Assembly (NCBI GenBank): GCA_963802945.1
Contig: CAWDKY010000017.1
Coordinates: 192,001-256,000 of the forward strand
Length of the DNA: 64,000 nucleotides
Direction of reading: 5' to 3'
Source: an uncultured delta proteobacterium
GTDB taxonomy: Bacteria; Desulfobacterota; RBG-13-43-22
Made by a program: the position numbers and the translations under genes. The notes below the pieces were generated by a model that saw only the letters and a program-made list of their open reading frames with translations, did no database searches and was not told where the DNA came from. Of the stretch, positions 1 to 8,388 are shown in pieces (position 1 is the first letter of the stretch; each line of letters opens with the position of its first letter).

Positions 1-2
1 AA

Positions 3-110
3 TGCCCAGATCGAAGCGAAGCCATGAGCCTGGAACGATCAATTAAGAAAAGAGGAATCAGGCGATACTTAGACGATAAAGGAATTATTAGCGAGGTCGA
101 AGCAGGGTAG
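3..110 (+). CDS. GIY-YIG nuclease family protein, C-terminal fragment (runs off window start)
   Basis: Manual translation CPDRSEAMSLERSIKKRGIRRYLDDKGIISEVEAG* matches the C-terminal xRSEAMxxExxIKK helix of small standalone GIY-YIG proteins. Confidence 0.65.
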   Translation, partial: CPDRSEAMSLERSIKKRGIRRYLDDKGIISEVEAG

Positions 111-178
111 AGATCCCGCGAAAGGCGAGACTGTTAATCCCGCTGGAAGCGGGATTAACAGTCCGTCCCGGGGAGCCA
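106..178 (+). pseudogene. Degenerate tRNA-Asn(GTT) relic interrupted by palindromes
   Basis: GGTAGAG (D arm), GACTGTTAATC (anticodon arm, GTT) and AGTCCGTCCCGGGGAGCCA (T stem/acceptor with CCA) are retained; the 5' acceptor strand and GGTTCG T loop are missing. Confidence 0.6.
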
Positions 179-186
179 GAAATAAG

Positions 187-216
187 AAAAGGGCCCGTCT
201 TGTCGGGCCTTTTTTA
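187..216 (+). terminator. Rho-independent terminator
   Basis: GGCCCG-loop-CGGGCC stem followed by a T run, with an A run upstream. Confidence 0.6.
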
Positions 217-393
217 TAATGGGGACAATTCTGATGAAAATCTTTTCAGGCAGAAAATAATTACAGAGGAATACCAATTCCTATTAATATAACCAAAGAA
301 TATTGGACCTTACGGTTTTGCTTGACATTTTCCCTTAATGGTTACTATTATTTCATTATCAGCAAGAGACAAAATGAAGGAGGAAGATAAAAA

Positions 394-1894
394 ATGAGGA
401 CAAAGGAACAGTATTTCCAAGGCCTGAGTAAGTTGAAACGAAATATCTATTGCGACGGCGAATTGATCGACCGGTTGGACGAGAAGCAGCAAGACTGCCT
501 TAATACCCTCGGCACCACCTTTGATGAGACTTTGAAGCCGGAGAACCAGGAATTATTGACTGCCGTCTCCCATCTGACGGGTGAGAGGATCAGCCGATTC
601 ACTCACATCCATCAGAATACCGACGACCTGCACAAAAAACAGGACATGACCCGCATGCTCTGCGGCAAGGTGGGGGGCTGTATCCAGCGCTGCATGGGCA
701 TCGATGCCACTAATTCGATTTACAATGTCTCCTATGAAGCGGACAAACAAAATAACGGCGCCACCCAATACCATGAGAATTTTAAAAAATGGTTGACCCG
801 CTTCCAGTCCGAAGATTTGGTGGGTTGCTGCGCCCAGACCGACGTCAAGGGCGACCGGCTGGCCAGGCCCGCTGATCAGGAGAACAAAGAAGCCTATCTG
901 CGGATCTTAGAAAAACGCAAAGACGGGATCGTGGTCAGCGGCTGCAAACTGCACATTTCAGAGGCCTCTGTGGCCGATGAAGTGCTGGTGGTTCCCACCC
1001 GGGCTTTGCGCCCTGAAGATAAGGATTATGCCGTCTCCTTTGCCGTTCCGGCTGACTGGGACGGGATGAAGCAAGTGGTCACTGTCCGCAATTTCAGAAA
1101 AAGACCCGCTTTCCCCCGCGGTTTTTCCCAAGGGGCCACCGATTCCTATGTAATTTTCGACAAATGTTTTATACCCTGGGAAAGGGTCTTTCTGGCCGGC
1201 GAATGGCAGCATGGGGGTACGATGGCCTTGCTTTTTGCCTTGTTCCACCGTCACTCCTATTCAGGCTGCAAGCCGGGTCTCGGTGATGTCCTTTTAGGGA
1301 CAGCCGCCCTGGCCGCCGAAGTAAACAACATTCATAAGGCCTCTCATGTTCGGGAGAAACTGGCCGAGATCATCATGGTCACTGAGTTGGGTTACGCGGC
1401 GGGATATACAGCTTCCAGCATGGGAAAAGCCGAAGTCTATATGCCTGGCGTCGGTTTTATCCCCTATGGGCCAGGTTCCTATATCCCTCATTCGATTTAC
1501 TGTAATGTCGGCCGCTGCCTGACGGGTGAAGCGGTCTGGCGTGAAGCGGAAATCATTGTGTGATGTCTCCGGCGGTGTGCCGGCCACTTTTCCTCATGAA
1601 AAGGATTTCATGAATCCCGACATTAAAGACCTGCTTCTTAAATACACCAAACGGAATCCAAAGATGGCTGTGGAAGACCAGGCTCAATTCTGGCGGTATA
1701 TGGGCGATGTCCTGTGTTCCGCGGCCGGGGGTGTGCAAAGGATGGGGGCTTATCATGGCGGCGGCTCCCCAATCATGGAACAGATCGCCATCACCACCCA
1801 GTATGATATCGAGGCCAGGAAGAAGCTGGTCAAGTATATTGCCGGCATGAGCGGCGGGGACCGTGAGGCCTTAAGCAAGCCGGTGAAAAAATAA
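394..1894 (+). CDS. 4-hydroxybutyryl-CoA dehydratase / HpaB-family flavoprotein, split by a +1 frameshift near 1555
   Basis: ORFs 394-1563 and 1526-1894 join as EI/LCDVSGG; motifs CIQRCMGxD, QTDVKGDR, RHSYSGCK and HGGGSP are typical of the family. Confidence 0.8.
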
Positions 1895-1941
1895 TTCCAG
1901 GCCGTTGTCTGATCCGTTAAATGAAAGAGAATACCTTTTTG

Positions 1942-1975
1942 TGCCTCTCTCTTTGTTAAAAGGGAGAGGCATTTT
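1942..1975 (+). terminator. Rho-independent terminator
   Basis: TGCCTCTCTCTTT/AAAGGGAGAGGCA hairpin plus TTTT. Confidence 0.65.
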
Positions 1976-2157
1976 GATTTTAGGGGCGGAACCTAATGAC
2001 CGGGAATTATTCGTGACCAAGGGCTGTTTTAATAAAATTATTGTTTTAAAATAGAAAATGTGGTATAAATGAAGTAAAAATTTACCCTGCCTTTAAAGAG
2101 TTCCCGGCCATAATGCTTAAGACCTCTTTAAGGGACTTAAACCTTTAAGGAGGTCTC

Positions 2158-2505
2158 ATGTCCAACAAATTGTATGTAGGTAGTCTCCCTTATTCTGTGA
2201 ACGATGAAATCCTTGCTCAAATTTTCACGCCGTACGGTTCGGTTGAATCGGCTAAAGTGATCACCGATCGGGAAACCGGACTCAGCAAGGGCTTCGGGTT
2301 CGTTGAAATGGCCAACGAACAAGAGGCTAACGAAGCCATCAAAAACCTGAACGGCAGCGCCTATGAAGGACGCACGCTGACGGTTTCCCAGGCTCGTCCT
2401 CAGGTCCCTCGTGAAGGAGGAGGGGGGTTCCGCGGCGGTCAAGGCAAGGGGAAAGGGCGAGGTGGCCGAGGAGGGGGTGGCTCCCAGGGCCGCAACCGCT
2501 GGTAA
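2158..2505 (+). CDS. RNA-binding protein (RRM) with Gly/Arg-rich tail
   Basis: RNP2 LYVGSL, RNP1 KGFGFVEM, AAGGAGG RBS. Confidence 0.95.
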   Translation: MSNKLYVGSLPYSVNDEILAQIFTPYGSVESAKVITDRETGLSKGFGFVEMANEQEANEAIKNLNGSAYEGRTLTVSQARPQVPREGGGGFRGGQGKGKGRGGRGGGGSQGRNRW

Positions 2506-2548
2506 TTCCCCATTTTAATATTACTTATTTCATTTAAAATCTGCTATT

Positions 2549-2584
2549 AGCCTGCTAACCGGCTAATCCGGTTGCAGGCTTTTT
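2549..2584 (+). terminator. Rho-independent terminator
   Basis: AGCCTGCtAACCGG/CCGGTTGCAGGCT hairpin plus T run. Confidence 0.6.
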
Positions 2585-2634
2585 AAATTCTTGTTCTTTT
2601 AACTCATCGGTTATCCGTAAAGGAGCGATAATTA

Positions 2635-2856
2635 TTGTCTAAAGACGAGTTAGCCAAATTTGAAGGAAAAGTCACCAAGGCCACCGGAGGAGGAAACTAC
2701 ACGATAACCTTGGAAAGCGGGGTCACCATCTCAGCCAAATTATGCGGCACGATGAAACGATTTAAAATCCGGGTCATCGAGGGGGATAGAGTGACGGTCG
2801 GGGTTTCTCCGTACGACCTTTCTCATGGACTGATTATCTTTCGTCATAAAACCTGA
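2635..2856 (+). CDS. infA: Translation initiation factor IF-1
   Basis: 73 aa; IRVIEGDRVTVGVSPYDLSHGLIIFR signature; TTG start after AAGGAG. Confidence 0.92.
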   Translation: MSKDELAKFEGKVTKATGGGNYTITLESGVTISAKLCGTMKRFKIRVIEGDRVTVGVSPYDLSHGLIIFRHKT

Positions 2857-2986
2857 CCCATTGACAGTCGTCATCTAAGACCGGGGTTCAATCCTGCCTA
2901 CCAAAGTACCCAAAGATACTTTCTTAACACATGCATCGATAGGTATAATAGGCATGGGATGATTGTAAAAAGGAGATCAATCACAG

Positions 2987-4504
2987 ATGGTCAATGAATA
3001 TGTTGTTGAAACTTCCAACGGAAAAGTTCGAGGTTACGGTCGAAGAAGCATCATCAAATTTAAAGGCATTCCCTATGCAGCACCTCCTGACGGTATTTCC
3101 CGCTTCAAGCCCCCGGCACCGGTTGAGCCGTGGACCGGCGTGCGGGATGCCCTGGAATACAGTCCGATAGTCCCTCAACCGGCTTCTGAGCTGGAAATGA
3201 TGTTCGGGGGACAGAAGGTACAAAATGAGGCGGAATGCCTAACCTTGAACATATGGACTCCTGCGGTCGACACCTCAAAACGTCCGGTCATGTTTTTTAT
3301 TCACGGCGGGGCATTTGTGACCGGCACAGGGGCTTCTCTGGACGGTTCCCGGTTGGCCTTGAGGGGTGATGTGGTTGTGGTCAGCATTAACTATAGATTA
3401 GGGGTCCTCGGGTTTTTATTTCTGCCCGACGAGACGGATGCGAGCTCCAATGTAGGATTGCTGGATATGGTGGCCGCTCTTCGATTTGTAAAAGAAAATA
3501 TTGCCCGTTTTGGAGGAGACCCGGATAAGGTTACGATTTTTGGGGAATCCGCGGGTGGATTTGCGGTTGCTTCTTTGCTGGCCACGCCTTCGGCCAAGGG
3601 ATTGTTCCACCGGGCCATTCTACAGTCGGGAGCGGCCCATCCTTTGGGGATGAATCCCGAGGCGGCCATGCGTGCCCATGAAAAATTGATCAAAGAATTG
3701 GGGATTCAAAAAGGAGATCTCAAGGCCCTTCGCCGGTTCTCGTCGGAAGAGATTATTAAAGCCCAGATCGCCATCATGCCCGATCAATCGGAAGGTTTTT
3801 CCATTGACCGACCTTTGCGGCTGGGGCCGGTTGTAGATGGAGGGGTCCTGCCCGATCACCCCCTTTCAGCGATAAGAAAGGGTTATGCTAAAGAGATCGA
3901 TATATTTATTGGATCGAATCTCGACGAAACAAAATTATGGAATTTATTAAATCCAAAAGCGGAAAAAATTCGGCAAGAAGGGCTTGAAAAAGGAACAAAG
4001 GCCATCGCTGCTTTAACAAGAAAGAGTGAGGGTCATGTCGATAAGCTATTGAAAATTTACCAGCAGACCAGAAATACACCGAGGGACATCATGGATGCCC
4101 TAACTACGGATTATACGTTTCGAATTCCATCCATACGTCTGGCCGAAGCACAAAGTGTTCATCAAAAAAATACCTACATGTATCTTTTCACTTGGCAAAG
4201 TCCATTTCGGGGAGGTAAATACGGGGCGATGCACGCCCTGGAACTGGGTTTTGTTTTCGGAGTCCTTTTGAAGACCGAGGTTGGTATCTTTCCCAAAAGG
4301 GATGAAGAAACCGAGGCCTTGAGTGGGGCCATGATGGACACCTGGATATCGTTTGCCAGGACCGGAAATCCGAATAATGCCTCCATTCCGCCATTGCCGC
4401 CCTATGATCTTAAGAAAAGATCAACCATTATTTTTGACAAAGAGATCAAGATCGTTGATGATCCCTATGGTCAGGAAAGGGCAGCCTGGGATGAGCTGTT
4501 ATGA
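2987..4504 (+). CDS. Carboxylesterase type B (PnbA-like)
   Basis: FKGIPYA, ECLTLNIW, HGGAF oxyanion motif, GESAG catalytic Ser, HALEL catalytic His. Confidence 0.93.
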   Translation: MVNEYVVETSNGKVRGYGRRSIIKFKGIPYAAPPDGISRFKPPAPVEPWTGVRDALEYSPIVPQPASELEMMFGGQKVQNEAECLTLNIWTPAVDTSKRPVMFFIHGGAFVTGTGASLDGSRLALRGDVVVVSINYRLGVLGFLFLPDETDASSNVGLLDMVAALRFVKENIARFGGDPDKVTIFGESAGGFAVASLLATPSAKGLFHRAILQSGAAHPLGMNPEAAMRAHEKLIKELGIQKGDLKALRRFSSEEIIKAQIAIMPDQSEGFSIDRPLRLGPVVDGGVLPDHPLSAIRKGYAKEIDIFIGSNLDETKLWNLLNPKAEKIRQEGLEKGTKAIAALTRKSEGHVDKLLKIYQQTRNTPRDIMDALTTDYTFRIPSIRLAEAQSVHQKNTYMYLFTWQSPFRGGKYGAMHALELGFVFGVLLKTEVGIFPKRDEETEALSGAMMDTWISFARTGNPNNASIPPLPPYDLKKRSTIIFDKEIKIVDDPYGQERAAWDELL

Positions 4505-4533
4505 TCAATACATAATGACACAATTACGTGTGA

Positions 4534-4622
4534 CGTCATTCCGGTCCCGCATCAAGTGCAGGATAGACTCCATCCGGAATCCAGTAAGAAAAGTCTGGAT
4601 GCCGGATCAAGTCCGGCATGAC
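4534..4622. repeat. CGTC-type REP-like palindromic repeat pair
   Basis: CGTCATTCCGG...CCGGAATCCAG...CTGGATGCCGGATCAAGTCCGGCATGAC. Confidence 0.7.
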
Positions 4623-4645
4623 AGCATAGACTTTGTAGAGAAACT

Positions 4646-5248
4646 ATGGAACTGATATTGATTCGACATGCCCTTCCCCTGAGGGTTCAAAAAGAAGCCG
4701 GCACACCGGCTGATCCGGGTTTGAGCGAAAAAGGGATCGAACAAGCAAGAAGACTAGCCCATTGGATGAAGTCGGAAGAATTGGACGCCATTTATAGCAG
4801 CCCCATGAACCGGGCCCAAATGACCGCGAAACCTTTAGCTGAGATTAAAGGCATCGAGATTAAAATCGAACCGGATGTGGCCGAATTTGACAACCAATCC
4901 TCTACCTATGTTCCTATGGAAGAATTAAGGGCCAAATACTATGACCTATGGCTGGATTTAGTGAACGGCGGTTTTGAAAAGTTATTCAACCTGAAGGATT
5001 TTAGAAAAACCGTCTTGGACAGCCTGGAAAAAATCATCCAGCAAAACAGCGGTAAGCGCGTAGCCGTGGTCTGTCATGGCGGCATCATCAATATCTGGGC
5101 AGCCCATGTTCTGGGGATCGATAAATTTCTTTTCTTTGCCCCGGAATACACCAGTATCAACCGGTTTTTGGCCTCGGGAAAAGGGCAGCGTTCAGTGGCC
5201 AGCCTGAATGAGACGGCCCACCTGCGGGAAGATTTTACGTTGGTTTAA
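4646..5248 (+). CDS. Histidine phosphatase (phosphoglycerate mutase family)
   Basis: LIRHA, YSSPMNRAQMTA and VCHGG motifs. Confidence 0.92.
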   Translation: MELILIRHALPLRVQKEAGTPADPGLSEKGIEQARRLAHWMKSEELDAIYSSPMNRAQMTAKPLAEIKGIEIKIEPDVAEFDNQSSTYVPMEELRAKYYDLWLDLVNGGFEKLFNLKDFRKTVLDSLEKIIQQNSGKRVAVVCHGGIINIWAAHVLGIDKFLFFAPEYTSINRFLASGKGQRSVASLNETAHLREDFTLV

Positions 5249-5287
5249 AGAAAATTAAAGCACCACAGCTCTGCTTTCTCCAGATAT

Positions 5288-5416
5288 AGGCAACGGCTCA
5301 TGCTTCAGCCGCCGCCGTGTTTGGCAAGACTTGCTCCAATAGCCAAAGCGACGGCAGGCAAAACGCTCACGCATACCCGCCGCCGAAGGCGATCGGCTGG
5401 AAGCGCTTGTTAGGCG
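5288..5416 (-). mobile_element. Integron attC site 1
   Basis: Minus strand GCCTAAC (contains the stop of the 4Fe-4S gene) ... GTTGCC, with inner CAGCCG/CGGCTG inverted repeat. Confidence 0.75.
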
Positions 5417-6366
5417 CCTATATCTTTATTTAGCAACTCGCGATTGCCAAAATCGAATTTGAATGAGGTATCCAATGCGCCTTTCGCGCACACGTTGACG
5501 CACTCTAAGCACAGAATGCACTCGGTCGAAAGCACCCTTTGCTTATCTAAAACGTACTCGGAGACGCGAATATCCATTGGACACATCTTATTGCACGCCC
5601 CACAATCATTGCATTTCTCGGCGTCGCCAACGATTTTGAGTAGTGCAAAGCGACTCGTGATCTTTTGTAGCGTGGGAATAGGGCACACATATTTGCAAAA
5701 TGCGCGATTGTCTTGAAGCGCATACGCCAACGCGATGCCGACCGCATAGTACAGAATGTTGCCGCCGAGAAGCCAATACAACTCGGTCAGACTCTGATCC
5801 TGAACGCGATAGTTCAATCCCCACCACAGTACCGCCACCAATCCCAAACTAAGCGCAAAGTGGATGTAGCGCAGATAACCCCACTTGTCGGAAAGTCTTC
5901 CCTGTTTATTCCGCTTGTAGGGCAACAGATCAAAGACCATAGCGTTCCAACAAGCCCAGCCACACCAACCACGATTGAACACAAGCGGGCCAGCTATCTT
6001 AGCTACCAGGTAGTGAATGACTGACCCAGCAAAGAAACCAGCCAAGAGGTAAAAGAAAAACCCTTCCATCTGCATATTCTCTCGCTGAAACAATCCAAGG
6101 AAAACCAGCATATAGACCCCAACAAGAAATTGAGCCAATCTGCGTCCCCAGAGTTTTTGTCGCTTGGGAAGTGCCGAGTAAACTCCAATGCCGATGCCCA
6201 GTGCAGTACCGATATACCCAAAATTGTAGAGATAGAAGATACGGCCGGTGGTCTGCCACAGAACTACTGCGATGCCCCAGAAGATAATCATCATAATCAG
6301 TGGTATCTTGAAACGAGCAAAGTCGAAAGCGTCTTCAGATTTCATCTTCATTTCCTCGGTTGTCAT
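5410..6366 (-). CDS. Membrane 4Fe-4S binding protein (NapH/YccM-like), gene cassette
   Basis: TM helices, RGWCGWAC, FCKYVCP and two CxxCxxCxxxC ferredoxin motifs. Confidence 0.85.
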   Translation of the reverse strand: MTTEEMKMKSEDAFDFARFKIPLIMMIIFWGIAVVLWQTTGRIFYLYNFGYIGTALGIGIGVYSALPKRQKLWGRRLAQFLVGVYMLVFLGLFQRENMQMEGFFFYLLAGFFAGSVIHYLVAKIAGPLVFNRGWCGWACWNAMVFDLLPYKRNKQGRLSDKWGYLRYIHFALSLGLVAVLWWGLNYRVQDQSLTELYWLLGGNILYYAVGIALAYALQDNRAFCKYVCPIPTLQKITSRFALLKIVGDAEKCNDCGACNKMCPMDIRVSEYVLDKQRVLSTECILCLECVNVCAKGALDTSFKFDFGNRELLNKDIGA

Positions 6367-6406
6367 GATTTACCAAGGCTACCCGAGTTATGGAGTAGCA
6401 TGCCGC

Positions 6407-6461
6407 GCCTAATGGAGATCGGTGGCGCGGTTCCCCGCGTTCGCTGCATCGATTGTTAGGC
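6407..6461 (-). mobile_element. Integron attC site 2 (short, about 55 bp)
   Basis: Minus strand GCCTAAC...ATTAGGC with an internal CGCGG..CCGCG hairpin. Confidence 0.65.
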
Positions 6462-6492
6462 GATAGTACCCAGTAGTTTCACCAACTCCGAT

Positions 6493-6774
6493 CTACTTTA
6501 GGAGCTCCTCTGCCTTTGATGGGGTTGCCAAAGGGTAGGTATCGAAGCTTATGGGGACAATGTTTGACCATTGTGTCAGAAGTTCATGAAGCTCGTCATT
6601 TGACGATAAATCGAAAATGACAACAGAACCTCTGCCTACTCTAGGGTAAAAGCAAACAACATTATTCTTTGATTTCAAATCATTGATCCAGGACCTGAAT
6701 TCTAATCTTGCGTTTTTTACATCTTCGGGCTTGGAAGGACGTGGGGTACTTATCACTAAATATAACATTCTCAA
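6493..6774 (-). CDS. Muconolactone isomerase-like / DUF3303-like small protein, gene cassette
   Basis: 93 aa; GRGSVVIFDLSSNDELHELL...FDTYPL pattern; flanked by attC sites. Confidence 0.6.
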   Translation of the reverse strand: MRMLYLVISTPRPSKPEDVKNARLEFRSWINDLKSKNNVVCFYPRVGRGSVVIFDLSSNDELHELLTQWSNIVPISFDTYPLATPSKAEELLK

Positions 6775-6793
6775 ACACCTCCTTATCTATGGT

Positions 6794-6910
6794 GCCTAAC
6801 ATAGAGTTAAGCTGCGCACCCGAATCAGCCCGCACTCGCAGTTGTTGGCTGGCTGAAGTTGGCACTCTAAGAGCAAAACGCAGGGCGTCAGCTTCAACGA
6901 TTTGTTGGAG
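6794..6910 (-). mobile_element. Integron attC site 3
   Basis: Minus strand CTCCAAC...GTTAGGC, with inner AAGCTG/CAGCTT repeat. Confidence 0.8.
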
Positions 6911-6937
6911 CGACACCCTCCGGGCTTCCCGCTCCTA

Positions 6938-7512
6938 TTACCAGATTCCTGGGATCAGTTTCTTCGTCTTCCCTTGATATGCTGCGTATTCTGCCCCGAG
7001 GCCTTCCGCCAAAGCTACTTCCTCAATCCGTATTCGGTAAATGAGCGAGAACGTTGGTAGACAAACTGCAGCCAACAGAGAAAGCCAATTCTTGGAGAGG
7101 AGGCCATATCCTACAAAGAAAAGAAGAATCCCAGCGTACGATGGGTGCCTTACGTACTTGTAAGGACCCTTCTGAATTACCTTCTGACCCTTCTCAAGTT
7201 CTATGGTCGTTGAAAGTACCTTCCGAGAACGATGATCGACCAGTGCCGTAGAAATAGCCCAAGAAACATTACTACGATCCCGAGGTAGAACATCACTGTA
7301 GCTCTGGGAACGTCGAACCGAAGTACTGGAACCCAGTTCGCTATCGGGGCCAATGCCAACGCCACCATGGTTGCGATGGTGTTGTAGTTCCTTGTTCTTC
7401 GATCTATCTCCCTCTTTCCCTTTCCATGTGCACGGTCCCTTAGGATCAGGTACGCTTCCGCCGCAAGCCACAGAACCATCGCGGCGACCTGGACAATCAA
7501 GTCAAAGTACAT
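6938..7512 (-). CDS. Isoprenylcysteine carboxylmethyltransferase (Ste14/ICMT) family protein, frameshift near 7215
   Basis: ORFs 7201-7512 and 6938-7471 join at LGRYF/STTI; motifs GPYKYVRHPSY, RIRIEEVAL, KKLIPGIW. Confidence 0.85.
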
Positions 7513-7566
7513 GACGCTTCTACCTCTTAGAGAAAATAGAAAATAGGGAAATCTGCCCCTATTTTC

Positions 7567-7743
7567 ATCGATAAATTTCTCTTCTTCGCCCCGGAATACA
7601 CCAGCATCAACCGCTTTTTAGCTTCCGGCAAAGGGCAACGTTCGGTGGCCAGCCTGAACGAGACGGCTCACCTGCGAAAAGATTTTACCTTGGTTTAAGA
7701 AAAATTAACGCAACAGCTCTGCTCCATCCCAATATGGGCAACG
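7567..7743 (+). repeat. Second, diverged copy of the histidine phosphatase 3' end plus downstream spacer (direct repeat of 5117-5295)
   Basis: Encodes IDKFLFFAPEYTSINRFLASGKGQRSVASLNETAHLRKDFTLV*, almost identical to the end of 4646-5248. Confidence 0.92.
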
Positions 7744-7816
7744 AAGCACATGAGCCGCGGCTTACCCTACCACTACGCTCCAGGGTAAGCCGTCGGACTC
7801 GATGTAGGTGTTAGGC
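7736..7816 (-). mobile_element. Integron attC site 4
   Basis: Minus strand GCCTAAC...GTTGCCC; central CGGCTTACCCT/AGGGTAAGCCG palindrome. Confidence 0.75.
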
Positions 7817-7842
7817 AACCAGCTGATGTCGCGGCGCTTAGC

Positions 7843-8010
7843 TTACGGGTTCTTTAGGAATCTCAAATAGAAGGCTGCAAACACCAAGACAATACCGATG
7901 TTCACTATCAGCCGTTCCCAGAATCGATTCTTAAAGAACAGTAAATCTACACTAACGACAACTGCTATCAACACCAGAATGTAAAGCACGACAGATATGC
8001 TTTTTGTCAT
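7843..8010 (-). CDS. Small two-TM hypothetical protein (55 aa), gene cassette; not in the ORF track
   Basis: Manual translation MTKSISVVLYILVLIAVVVSVDLLFFKNRFWERLIVNIGIVLVFAAFYLRFLKNP*; GGTGA upstream; followed by attC4. Confidence 0.7.
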   Translation of the reverse strand: MTKSISVVLYILVLIAVVVSVDLLFFKNRFWERLIVNIGIVLVFAAFYLRFLKNP

Positions 8011-8062
8011 TTCAATCACCAGTTCAAATATATCAACAGCCGCTTACCTATGAATAGCAAAG

Positions 8063-8319
8063 AGGGTCAGGTCTATTTTTTCAACATTGCTTTTTTGCCT
8101 GCGTCCGAACAATACGGCTTATCGAAGAAAAATGTAACCCTAAATATTCAGAGATTTATTTCAGGGTGTAATCATATCTCTCCACCGCCTTTAGTATCCG
8201 TTTATTTCGTATCCTCTTTTTACGCATCACTTCTGCGGTGAATATTTTTTCCAGTGGACGAGACATATCTTGTTTGTATCCCTATTTATCTTCAATGTCA
8301 AGAAAATAGACCTGACCCC
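8063..8319. mobile_element. MITE-like element with about 27-bp terminal inverted repeats
   Basis: Left AGGGTCAGGTCTATTTTTTCAACATTG; right CAATGTCAAGAAAATAGACCTGACCCC; no convincing internal ORF. Confidence 0.65.
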
Positions 8320-8332
8320 TTTCCCCATTTTA

Positions 8333-8388
8333 AGCTAAAGAAAAAATCAGCCGGAGCGTTGTGATCGGCTGTATTGATTTTGTTAACC
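8333..8388 (-). mobile_element. Integron attC site 5 (short, R' mutated to TTTAGCT)
   Basis: Minus strand GGTTAAC (contains the TIR stop) AAAATCAATACAGCCGATCACAACGCTCCGGCTGATTTTTTC TTTAGCT. Confidence 0.65.

Noticed and set aside
106-178. Functional tRNA-Asn
   Set aside because: The 5' acceptor strand and T loop are missing, so a cloverleaf cannot form
2987-4504. Carboxylesterase as a quorum-quenching partner of the PhcB-like system
   Set aside because: About 9 kb away, separated by unrelated genes, and from a common family; no linking evidence
5117-7743. Diversity-generating retroelement TR/VR pair
   Set aside because: Mismatches are not adenine-specific, are mostly third-position synonymous, and no reverse transcriptase is in the window
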